In this document: positions 46,483-54,897 of the stretch, piece by piece
How the letters are laid out: each line of letters starts with the position of its first letter
Numbering within the stretch: position 1 is the stretch's first letter
Assembly: GCA_964564845.1 (NCBI GenBank)
Contig: CAZMCN010000001.1
Span: forward strand, 1 to 58,880
Length of the DNA: 58,880 bases
Reading direction: 5' to 3'
Source: an uncultured Pirellulales bacterium
Lineage (GTDB): Bacteria > Planctomycetota > Phycisphaerae > Sedimentisphaerales > Anaerobacaceae
The notes under the pieces: generated by a model
Told to the model about the DNA's origin: nothing
The model's input: only the letters and a program-made list of their open reading frames with translations
The model's database searches: none
Translations under genes and position numbers: made by a program

Positions 46483-47475
46483 TCACGGGTTCCCCGAACG
46501 CATTACTTTGCGTTTGGTTGCCCTCAGCGCCGCCTCAACAATTCTTACACACAAATCGCTCATCGAGAGCCCCGCCTTTGCTGCCGCCATCGGCAGCAGG
46601 GAATGGCTCGTAAATCCTGGTATGGTATTGACCTCCAGTGCATAGGCGACCTGGTCGTCGCCGAGAACAAAATCGACCCGACCGAAGTCCTTGCAGCCGA
46701 GTACGCCGAAACATGCAAGGGCATCCGCCTTGATCCTTGCCGACAGCCCCGCATCCTTAATCGTATCGAAAAGAAACTCCGTTCGTTCATCGATGTACTT
46801 TGCCCGATAGCTGTAGAACGCTTCTTTGGGTCTTATCTCAATAATCGGCAGTGCCTCGCCGCAAAGAATACCGACAGTTATTTCCCGCCCAGCTATAAAT
46901 CCCTCTATCATACAATCACCGAATTCTGCCAGTGTTTTCTGAGCAACTGCCGTCACTTCTTGACTGTCCCTGATAATTCTGACACCAACGCTGCTTCCCT
47001 CTTTTATGGGTTTTACCACATAACTTTTCCCAGACTGTTGTAATTCTTTCTCAAGTTCCTGCACGTCGCTGTCACAATTGAAATCAACCCAGGCCGGTGT
47101 GTGTACGTCCACTTGTCTAAAAGCTTTCTTGCTTGCAATTTTGTCGAACGCTAATTTACTCGCCGCCGGCCCGCTGCCCGTATAGAGAAGTGCTCTGTCC
47201 TCCAGTATCTGCTGCAACCGGCCGTCTTCACCGAATTTGCCGTGCAGTGCAATAAAGAATACATCAATACTCTCATCTTCGAGAACACTCAGATTGTCCG
47301 GCCAAATATCGCCAATCTCCACTCTCAAGCCGGCCTCTTTTAACCCCTGCGCAATACATTCACCGCTCTGGATACTAACCTCGCGTTCGCTGCCAACACC
47401 GCCGGCAAGAACAGCAACTTTCAACTTGCTGTTTACCGCCGGCCTTTGAGAGTTGGATGAAGATTTGATGGTCAT
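46483..47475 (-). CDS. ddl: D-alanine--D-alanine ligase
   Basis: Motifs are VAVLAGGVGSEREVSIQSG...ALHGKFGEDG.LQ..LE...YTGSG...EVNTIPGFT..S. Confidence 0.95.
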   Translation of the reverse strand: MTIKSSSNSQRPAVNSKLKVAVLAGGVGSEREVSIQSGECIAQGLKEAGLRVEIGDIWPDNLSVLEDESIDVFFIALHGKFGEDGRLQQILEDRALLYTGSGPAASKLAFDKIASKKAFRQVDVHTPAWVDFNCDSDVQELEKELQQSGKSYVVKPIKEGSSVGVRIIRDSQEVTAVAQKTLAEFGDCMIEGFIAGREITVGILCGEALPIIEIRPKEAFYSYRAKYIDERTEFLFDTIKDAGLSARIKADALACFGVLGCKDFGRVDFVLGDDQVAYALEVNTIPGFTSHSLLPMAAAKAGLSMSDLCVRIVEAALRATKRKVMRSGNP

Positions 47476-47710
47476 TTTACCATTTTAATATATAAAATCT
47501 TTTTTATCTTATCGTATAGCTCTGCCACAGGTAAGAAGTTAAACTAATTGCCGACGTAGTCGGCTTCAACTAACGAGTTCCGATTCACCAGCGACGAACG
47601 ACGCTCAAACTGTTCCGTTTCAAAGAAACGGTCGGCTTGAGCATTATTGCTTATATCACACCGTACGTTTCTTTTTACGCGATAAACATCACATCCGAAG
47701 CACGACCGGT

Positions 47711-48619
47711 TCAATTCCAGATTTCAATCTCAAGTTCCAGCTCAATGCCGAATTGCTCCTGCACACGCCCCCTTACCGCATCTATAAGTCTCATAACGTC
47801 CCGGCTTTTGCACCCCTCACCAGCGATTATGAAATTTGCATGCTTTTCGCTGACAACCGCTCCTCCGATTTGCAGGCCCTTCAGCCCGGCCCTGTCGATA
47901 AGAGCTCCGGCAGAAACACCTCGGGGGTTCTTGAATATGCAGCCGGAATTCTTCGAATTCAATGGCTGATTGTTCTTCTTATATATCCATATCTCTTTTA
48001 CCGTTCGCATAATTTGTTCAGGGTCACCGCTCAGAAGTTTCATATCAGCGCCGAGAATAAATTTGGCGGTAATATTTGTTCGCCGATAATCGAATATCAA
48101 CTCCGGCTTACTCATCTCGAAAACACTGCCCTTATGGTCCATCACCCTGACGGTTTCCACCGCCGAGCCGATATCGCCGAAGTTACCGCCTGCATTCATT
48201 CTTATTGCTCCCCCCACCGAACCGGGTATCCCCGTCAGCGACTCAAGACCCGAAAGACCTTCCTGAACACAACTCAATACCAGTTTGCTCAATTCCACTC
48301 CCGCCCAGGCGCTCAATCGCTCTCCCTCAAATTGTATCTGTGCGAACTGGTCCGATTCGAGTTTTATCACCGCCGCCCGCAGACCGTCGTCGTTTATCAG
48401 CAGATTCGAGCCAAAGCCCATCACATAAATCTGGACGTTATTTTCGTTACATCGCTGAACCACTTCCGTAAGCTGTTCAACGGTTTTAGGCCTGATAAAA
48501 TAATCCGCAGGCCCGCCAAGACCGTACCACGTCCGCTTAGACAACAGGTAATCGGTCTCAACTATCTTCTCTAAGCCACTGAATATATTCATCTGACACC
48601 TTCCAGACATCCCCCGCAC
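47711..48619 (-). CDS. murB: UDP-N-acetylenolpyruvoylglucosamine reductase
   Basis: Motifs are GLGGPADYF...GFGSNLL..D.G...V..L...AGGNFG...SGCIFKNP...AGALID..GLKG...GGA.VS..HANFI. The start is uncertain (48619, 48610 or 48592), and all three overlap the murC 3' end. Confidence 0.92.
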   Translation of the reverse strand: MRGMSGRCQMNIFSGLEKIVETDYLLSKRTWYGLGGPADYFIRPKTVEQLTEVVQRCNENNVQIYVMGFGSNLLINDDGLRAAVIKLESDQFAQIQFEGERLSAWAGVELSKLVLSCVQEGLSGLESLTGIPGSVGGAIRMNAGGNFGDIGSAVETVRVMDHKGSVFEMSKPELIFDYRRTNITAKFILGADMKLLSGDPEQIMRTVKEIWIYKKNNQPLNSKNSGCIFKNPRGVSAGALIDRAGLKGLQIGGAVVSEKHANFIIAGEGCKSRDVMRLIDAVRGRVQEQFGIELELEIEIWN

Positions 48620-50015
48620 CCATTGTAACCGCCAAATCTCCCGCCCTTACATTTTTCTTCAGATAATCGCAAATCGGACCAAAACCCTCGATAAATACCG
48701 CCTCTGCGCCGTTGTCTCGAATTCGCTCAACCAATTTTGCCGAATCAATTTCCTTCTTCGCCTCTTGTGTATCTCTGACGAAATAAATCTCCGGCACTAT
48801 TGTTACATCGGCAAGCTTAAAGCTTTCTGCAAAATCTTCAAGTAAAAATCTTGTTCTGCTGTACTGATGGGGCTGAAAAATACACCAGAGCCGCCTCGGT
48901 GAATATCTTTGACGTATCGCCGCCAGCGAAGCCCTTATCTCCGTTGGGTGGTGCGCATAATCATCGATAATTGTAACACCCCGGAACTTTCCTTTGAGCG
49001 TCAGCCGACGGTCGATACCTGTAAAACCACCTAACAATTCAAGTATCTCTTTAGACCCTGCCCCTGTATTGACCGACATAGACACCACCGCCAGAGCGTT
49101 TAAGATATTGTGCTCTCCCGGCAGCGATATCCTCGTTGCCCCCAGTAGCTCACCGTTATGATAAACGTCAAACCAATAAAGCCCGTCAATCAAACGCATA
49201 TTCTCAGCGCAGAAATTGCAGCTTGAATCAAGCCCAAATGTCTCACATCGCAAATCAGCAGCCAATCCTTTAATTATTCTCGCCACGTTCGAATCCGTAC
49301 CATTGCTGATTAACACACCGCCCGGCGGCAGCCCGCCGGCAAACTCGCCAAATGCCTCAACTATCTCATTCTCGTCCTTATAGTAATCAAGGTGGTCGGC
49401 CTCAATATTCAGTATGCAGGCGACTTTCGGCCTTAAATTCAGAAAGCTCCTGTCGTACTCACAGGCCTCAGCGATGAAATAATTGCTCTGGCCCACCCCC
49501 GACGAACTGCCCAACTGCGTAACCTCAGCCCCAATGATAAAATTGACATCAATGCCCGCTGCTTTGAGACAATATGTCAGCCATCCGCTTGTTGTGCTTT
49601 TGCCGTGAGTGCCGGCTACGGCTATGCCGTCATAGCGGCCCATCAACTCTCCCAGCATTTCAGCGTATTTATAGATTTTCAAACCTCTTTTGCACGCCAG
49701 CTTCAATTCGGGATTGTCTTGCTTTATAGCTGCTGAGATAACAACCGCGTCGGTTTGTTTGATGAGGTTATCACCGCTATGACCGATTTTAATGTCAGCA
49801 CCTGCCTGGCACAGTTTGTTTGTAATGGGGGTTCGTTCCTGGTCCGAGCCGGTAACAATTGCTTCATTTCTCAGTAGAAGCCGCGCCAGACCGCTCATCC
49901 CGATACCGCCTGCACCGATAAAGTGAAACCTTTTCCCCGCAACACCTACTTTGCTGGTTGTATCTAATGCTTCATATCTGTGAGCAGATCCTGTTCTGTT
50001 TTGGATATTTGGCAT
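48558..50015 (-). CDS. murC: UDP-N-acetylmuramate--L-alanine ligase
   Basis: Motifs are HFIGAGGIGMSGLA..L...G..V.GSD...VAGTHGKSTT...DDYAHHPTEI. Confidence 0.95.
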   Translation of the reverse strand: MPNIQNRTGSAHRYEALDTTSKVGVAGKRFHFIGAGGIGMSGLARLLLRNEAIVTGSDQERTPITNKLCQAGADIKIGHSGDNLIKQTDAVVISAAIKQDNPELKLACKRGLKIYKYAEMLGELMGRYDGIAVAGTHGKSTTSGWLTYCLKAAGIDVNFIIGAEVTQLGSSSGVGQSNYFIAEACEYDRSFLNLRPKVACILNIEADHLDYYKDENEIVEAFGEFAGGLPPGGVLISNGTDSNVARIIKGLAADLRCETFGLDSSCNFCAENMRLIDGLYWFDVYHNGELLGATRISLPGEHNILNALAVVSMSVNTGAGSKEILELLGGFTGIDRRLTLKGKFRGVTIIDDYAHHPTEIRASLAAIRQRYSPRRLWCIFQPHQYSRTRFLLEDFAESFKLADVTIVPEIYFVRDTQEAKKEIDSAKLVERIRDNGAEAVFIEGFGPICDYLKKNVRAGDLAVTMGAGDVWKVSDEYIQWLREDS

Positions 50016-50129
50016 TTAAATTCCGAATCTGCCTCGGATTTCGATATTCGAATTTCGTATTTACACCGTTGATGGCAGTGTATCACACCGAAGGGCAGAA
50101 AAAAAGAAAAAAGGCCAAATTGTACTAAT

Positions 50130-50345
50130 CTACTTTTCTGCCTTATCAACAGCATACTCAAGCAAATCCCCAGGCGTGCAGTTCAATACCTTGCACAGGG
50201 TACTCAAAGTGGAAAACCGAATAGCGCGGGCTTTGTTGGTTTTGAGAATCGAGAGATTGTTGACCGCCAGCCCCGTTGCCTCAGCTAAATCCTTAAGTTT
50301 CATCCGCCGGTCCAAAAGAACATAATCAAGCCGGATATTAATCAT
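50130..50345 (-). CDS. Small XRE-type HTH transcriptional regulator (YozG-like)
   Basis: The start is placed at the internal ATG (MINIRLDYVLLDRRMKLKDLAEATGLAVNNLSILKTNKARAIRFSTLSTLCKVLNCTPGDLLEY). The track ORF extends to 50423. This family is typically paired with a DUF2975 membrane gene, as it is here. Confidence 0.8.
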   Translation of the reverse strand: MINIRLDYVLLDRRMKLKDLAEATGLAVNNLSILKTNKARAIRFSTLSTLCKVLNCTPGDLLEYAVDKAEK

Positions 50346-50358
50346 TTCACAATCTCCT

Positions 50359-50775
50359 TTAGACCAGCGTTTTTGACTCTTCAATAACAGGCATAACCCG
50401 CCGCAGAGCCTGGGCCAAAGCAATGATAATCAGGACCTTCGCAGCAACGGGAACCACTAACGGCTGGATGAACAGGATGCCTCCGTCTCCTCGGCCTTCA
50501 AATATAATACTCTGCCAAAAATAATATTGCAGAATTGCCTTGCCAATAACAAGCACGGCGAATACATACAGAATGTACCGGCTGTGTTGCAGAAGCCAGC
50601 TTAGCTTGCTCTTATCGGCAATAAGGTAACCGATAAGCTGTGCGACAATAAGTGCAATAAGGGCGGGAAACAAAAACTCGAAAACAAAAGACGAAGTTGA
50701 GTAGATAACATTTTTGAGTGTATGTGGCCAGCGAAGTTCACCCGCAGCATCCGACACAGCCAGGATGCAGAGCAC
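50359..50775 (-). CDS. DUF2975-like 4-TM membrane protein; apparently frameshifted relative to an N-terminal exon-like ORF at 50738-50899
   Basis: The ORF begins at a GTG in the middle of a hydrophobic helix. An ATG ORF in another frame (MNSIMNEFVKENKGLLRFYYIAARIVGWVLI...) would join it if one T were removed from the TTT run at 50806-50808. Confidence 0.6.
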   Translation of the reverse strand: MLCILAVSDAAGELRWPHTLKNVIYSTSSFVFEFLFPALIALIVAQLIGYLIADKSKLSWLLQHSRYILYVFAVLVIGKAILQYYFWQSIIFEGRGDGGILFIQPLVVPVAAKVLIIIALAQALRRVMPVIEESKTLV

Positions 50776-51105
50776 ATATAGTAAGAACCAAACGGTCCCG
50801 CCCGCAAATTAGCACCCAGCCAACGATTCGTGCCGCAATATAGTAGAATCTCAACAAGCCTTTGTTTTCTTTAACAAACTCATTCATAATACTATTCATC
50901 CCTATCACCACCTTGAATTACGCAAATATGATGTAATAATTAACGGCTATCGTTGATTTGCCAACAAAAAATAAAATTTTTTCAGAAACTTTCAAGGTGC
51001 TGTGTGAGAGCAGAAAAGGGGGAAATCCCCACAGAGAATGTAGTTTTCAACCGCAAAGCTGCTTTCTTACGCAATACGATATACGCACAACGCAATACGA
51101 AAATT

Positions 51106-51876
51106 TTACCATTGCGCTTCAACGTATGGCCCCAGTGAACCTTTCGCACCGGGCCTGGGACGGGATTTGAGAATAGCCTCTGCAATCGCAATATCGCCCG
51201 GCTGCGTAATTTTGATGTTCGATGAATCGGCCTCGACAATTGACACTTCACGACCCAACGCTTCGACGAGTTGAGAATCATCGCTGATTGTATCTTTATC
51301 GAGTTTATTCAGGTTGCTGTATGCCTTTTTGAGCAGGTCGGTCTTGAAGACCTGCGGCGTCTGTGCTTCATACAGCCCCCATCGCTCAACAGTCTTTATT
51401 ATCACATTGTCTTTGACCTCTTTTATTGTTGCAACTACCGGAGAGGCCAGTATTGCCGCACCGCTTTTTGCCGCCTCAGCAAAGCAGTCATCAACCCATT
51501 TTTCTGTTACACAGCACCGCACAGCATCGTGGATGGCTACAAGCTCTATTGTCTCGCCGACCAATTCCAGCCCTTTTGCAACCGTATCAAAACGCTCATC
51601 TCCGCCAATATACGTCTTCACGTTAAAAAACTTCAAATTAGCCCCCCACTTGACATTCACCAACTCTTGGTCTTCGCTCGCTATCGCCAGCAGTATTTGC
51701 TTCACGTCATCTCTATCGGAGAAAAGCTCGACACTGCGCAGAAATGCCGCCCGCCCGGCCACATCAACGAACGGCTTCTTTCTTTTGCCGCCGAAGCGCC
51801 TGCTTTTACCAGCCGCACATATTATCACTGCAACACTGTGATTTCCGATTTGCAATTTTCGACCTTCAATTTTCAA
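51106..51876 (-). CDS. ispD: 2-C-methyl-D-erythritol 4-phosphate cytidylyltransferase
   Basis: Motifs are VAVIICAAGKSRRFGG ... VAIHDAVRC ... TPQVF. There are TTG start candidates at 51876 and 51855. Confidence 0.9.
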   Translation of the reverse strand: MKIEGRKLQIGNHSVAVIICAAGKSRRFGGKRKKPFVDVAGRAAFLRSVELFSDRDDVKQILLAIASEDQELVNVKWGANLKFFNVKTYIGGDERFDTVAKGLELVGETIELVAIHDAVRCCVTEKWVDDCFAEAAKSGAAILASPVVATIKEVKDNVIIKTVERWGLYEAQTPQVFKTDLLKKAYSNLNKLDKDTISDDSQLVEALGREVSIVEADSSNIKITQPGDIAIAEAILKSRPRPGAKGSLGPYVEAQW

Positions 51877-51893
51877 CAGTCAATAGAAAATAG

Positions 51894-52436
51894 TCAATAT
51901 TCAATACCTCGTCTTGCAGGTATCCCCTTATCAAACGGATGCTTGATATTTTTCATTTCCGTTACCAAATCCGCCATCGCTATCAACTCTTCGCTCGCCC
52001 CCCGGCCGGTCATTACAATCTCTACCGACCTCTCTCTTCTGTCAATAATATCTTTAATATCCTCAAGCTTTGCCAGACCCTTCGAAAGGCAGAAAACAAT
52101 CTCATCAAGTATGACACAATCGTAAAATCTTTTCTCTGCTGTCTCTGCGATTCTTTTGAGAACGCTGCTGATTGCAGCCTGCATTTTAGCAACCTGCTTC
52201 GGATCATCGAAGGACTTAGTCATATCCCATTGGACATCGAGCGATTCAGCCCTGATTCTAACCGCTCCCAATTGCAGTGCGAAACGCTCACCTATATCAA
52301 GTGATGGCGGCTTCAAAAATTGATAAATCAAAACCTTATTGCCCTGACCAGCCGCCCGAAGCGCCAAACCAAACGCCGCCGTCGTCTTGCCCTTGCCGTC
52401 GCCCGTATAAATCTGAACAAGTCCTCTTTTCAGCAT
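51894..52436 (-). CDS. cobO: Cob(I)yrinic acid a,c-diamide adenosyltransferase (CobO/BtuR type)
   Basis: Motifs are GLVQIYTGDGKGKTTAAFGLALRAAGQG..V...QFLK ... ILDE ... TGR. Confidence 0.9.
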   Translation of the reverse strand: MLKRGLVQIYTGDGKGKTTAAFGLALRAAGQGNKVLIYQFLKPPSLDIGERFALQLGAVRIRAESLDVQWDMTKSFDDPKQVAKMQAAISSVLKRIAETAEKRFYDCVILDEIVFCLSKGLAKLEDIKDIIDRRERSVEIVMTGRGASEELIAMADLVTEMKNIKHPFDKGIPARRGIEY

Positions 52437-52592
52437 ACGGGTATTTTAAGAAAAGAAAGGACAAATTGAAAAGCAAAAATAGTGAATTTCTGACTTAAAA
52501 GAAATGGTCATCTTAACGATTGTTGCCTTCACGGTTTTTCCGTTGCACCTGCAATCGTCAATCGTAAATTGTCAATAGTAAATGAACAGCGA

Positions 52593-52982
52593 TTATATTG
52601 TTACGGCCTTGAGCCGCTGCTGCGCGTCGGATTGGCTTTCGGCTTGTTCGCCAGGTTTGAAAGGCAGCGGCTCGGCGAACTGAACCGCAACTCGCCTGAT
52701 AAACCTGTTTATATTTTCGACCCGGCAGACATTAGCTGTGCGCGTGAAGTTAGCCATATCAAAGCTGTCGCCCCGGCCAAAACGTGGAATGCTGAAACGC
52801 GCCGTTATCTGTTGACCCAGATATGGACTCTCCTCATTACAATAGCACGTGAACGCCGCCCCTCTGCTCGAAATATCCACCATTTGACCTTGCAAAAGTA
52901 TTTCGTTAAAGTCCTCGGCAAACCAGACAGGCCAGTGATAACGAAGCCTTTGTTCCCTTCTTCGCTCGGTATTTGTCTCCAT
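52593..52982 (-). CDS. PilZ-domain c-di-GMP receptor protein
   Basis: Both canonical motifs are intact: RRREQR (RxxxR) and DISSRG (D/NxSxxG). The start is placed at the ATG at 52982 (GGAGAG 7 nt upstream). The track start TTG at 53054 has no SD and runs through a uORF. Confidence 0.8.
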   Translation of the reverse strand: METNTERRREQRLRYHWPVWFAEDFNEILLQGQMVDISSRGAAFTCYCNEESPYLGQQITARFSIPRFGRGDSFDMANFTRTANVCRVENINRFIRRVAVQFAEPLPFKPGEQAESQSDAQQRLKAVTI

Positions 52983-53054
52983 TCTAAACTCTCCGTACCT
53001 TTTTAACTTAACCTTTGGAAAATCGACACATTCAAGCCCCTCCTTAACGAACAA

Positions 53055-53210
53055 CTACCGAGAAAATCACCGCTGACCGGCCCAATCCGCAGTCCTTGGG
53101 ACTCCCTGCGGAGGATGCCTTACGGCATAAAGCCGATTGGGCTATTTACCGTTCGGTTCAACGGGATAGTCCGCAGGTTCCTTTACAGCACCCGATTGGA
53201 CTTTTTTTTA
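53055..53210 (-). promoter_or_regulatory. Candidate structured 5' leader (three-way junction plus alternative pairing segments) of the PilZ gene
   Basis: P1 pairs 53080-53087 with 53135-53142 (8 bp). P2 at 53115-53128 is AUGCC-GUAA-GGCAU on the minus strand. P3 spans 53088-53110. Competing duplicate segments lie at 53168-53177 and 53191-53201. No known riboswitch class was recognised. Confidence 0.35.
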
Positions 53211-53416
53211 ACTTTTTCACTTTTAGCCCTCCATGTTCCTATAATCTTGTTCATCTAAACATTTGGCTTTTTTGGCAAAATGTGCATAACGGTGCAAATT
53301 CTCTTTTTAACAACTGCTGTCCTTTTTTGACTGGGCGGCAGGAGAGTCTCTTTATGCGGGGTAATATGTGTTAATTCGTACCTATTTGTGGCTAAATTTC
53401 TTTGTATGCTCGTTGA

Positions 53417-54841
53417 TTATTCTTTTTTGCCGGTTACGAGTCTGACAAATTCCTCCCCTCGCTGCTGGAAATTATCGAACATATCATAGCTCGCGCAGGC
53501 GGGACTGAGCAAAACCACGTCGCCGCTGACCGCAAGGTTTTTAGCCGACTCAACGGCCTTAGTCAGTGAATCAACAATTTCAACTTTTACCTTCTTTTCT
53601 GTGTTCTCTGCGACCTCTGTGGCTAATTTCTTTGCAATCGCTTCTGCAATTTTTTTGGCTGTTGCGCCTATCAAAATAGCCGCCTTGGCCTTTGCTGCCA
53701 TTTCCAACCCCAATTCGTCAAACGATAATTTCTTGTCGTATCCGCCGGCAATAATAATCTTCGGCTCGTCAAACGCCTCCAGCGCCGCAATCGCACTTGC
53801 CGGCGTAGTTGCTATCGAATCGTTATACCAGCGGACACCTTTACTCTCTGCCACAAGTTCGAGCCGATGAGCAAGCGGCTTAAATCCCCCCAGAGAGCTT
53901 CTTATCTGTTCATCCGTCACGCCAAAATGTTTCGCAACAGCAATGGCAGCGGACAGGTTGCTAAGATTGGCCCTGCCGACCAGCCCAAACATCTGGCGAA
54001 CTTCTTCGCCTACATCGTCAGTTGAAAATTTCAAACAAATCCTGCCCGCTTCTTTCCTGTATCTTTCAAACCACTCCGCTCCGATTCGGTCTTCGCTGTT
54101 AAATATTGAAACAGCCGGCCCATTCTTGTCCCACCTTTGAAACTTGAAAATATTCTCCTTGGCCACGCAGTAATCAGCGAACGTGCCGTGACGGTCGAGG
54201 TGGTTTGGCGTGAGGTTTGTCAAAACTGCCACCTTAGGCCCTTTTTCAATTTGTGCCAATTGCTCGCCCTGAAAGCTCGATATTTCCAGCACCACCAAAT
54301 CATCACTGCCCATTTTATCTATCGCCGCAAGTAACGGCTCATTGCCGATATTACCGCTGAGCCGGACATTCTCGTATCTCGTATCCCGTATCTCACCTTC
54401 GGCATTCCTTAACAGATGTGCGGCCAGCGCCGCAGCCGTGCTTTTGCCGTTGGAACCCGTTATCCCAATTATCGTTGCAGGACACAGCTCAAAAAAAATA
54501 TTTATCTGCGAAGTGACAAACCTGCCGTTCTGTTCCGCCGCCCTGACAAACTCATCCCCGGGCGCAACTGCAGGATTGACTATGACAATGTCGGCTTTTT
54601 CAAAATCAGTTTTTTCGTGTCCGCCCAGGTGAAATTCAATATCGCCGAATTCTTCAAGCTCTTTGACCGAGTCGTTCAATTGCTCAGTATCTGCCAGGTC
54701 GGTCACCGTAACTCTCGCTCCTGCTTCTGCTGCGAATTTCGCCGAATCTACCCCTCCGCCGAACCGCCCCAGACCCATAACCAAAACTTTTTTCCCCGCA
54801 AAAAATCCCTTATCCGAAATTCGATATTCCCTGTCCCACAT
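53417..54841 (-). CDS. murD: UDP-N-acetylmuramoylalanine--D-glutamate ligase
   Basis: Motifs are GKKVLVMGLGRFGGG ... ITGSNGKST ... Mur ligase C-terminal domain. The start is placed at Met40 of the track ORF (54841) to avoid a 61-nt overlap with pyrF. The alternative start is 54958. Confidence 0.9.
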   Translation of the reverse strand: MWDREYRISDKGFFAGKKVLVMGLGRFGGGVDSAKFAAEAGARVTVTDLADTEQLNDSVKELEEFGDIEFHLGGHEKTDFEKADIVIVNPAVAPGDEFVRAAEQNGRFVTSQINIFFELCPATIIGITGSNGKSTAAALAAHLLRNAEGEIRDTRYENVRLSGNIGNEPLLAAIDKMGSDDLVVLEISSFQGEQLAQIEKGPKVAVLTNLTPNHLDRHGTFADYCVAKENIFKFQRWDKNGPAVSIFNSEDRIGAEWFERYRKEAGRICLKFSTDDVGEEVRQMFGLVGRANLSNLSAAIAVAKHFGVTDEQIRSSLGGFKPLAHRLELVAESKGVRWYNDSIATTPASAIAALEAFDEPKIIIAGGYDKKLSFDELGLEMAAKAKAAILIGATAKKIAEAIAKKLATEVAENTEKKVKVEIVDSLTKAVESAKNLAVSGDVVLLSPACASYDMFDNFQQRGEEFVRLVTGKKE

Positions 54842-54897
54842 TCGCTCTTCGTTTTTACTTTCGACTAAGCTCCGCCCCGCAACCGGCCTTGTCGCTT

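Noticed and set aside
53080-53142. The possibility that the PilZ leader is a known c-di-GMP riboswitch (GEMM-I/II) or a hammerhead-type three-way junction.
   Set aside because: I could not find the conserved GEMM-I elements (GCAAA / ACGCAAAGC-type junction, tetraloop receptor) or the CUGAUGA...GAAA hammerhead core. The element is also shorter than GEMM-I. It is left as unclassified pending a cmscan.
53096-53374. A 92-aa plus-strand ORF (TTG start) in the murD-PilZ gap.
   Set aside because: It is built from the structured-RNA region and T-runs (FFNFFTFS...) and has no SD. The GNRA loop and SD/uORF logic favour a minus-strand leader instead.
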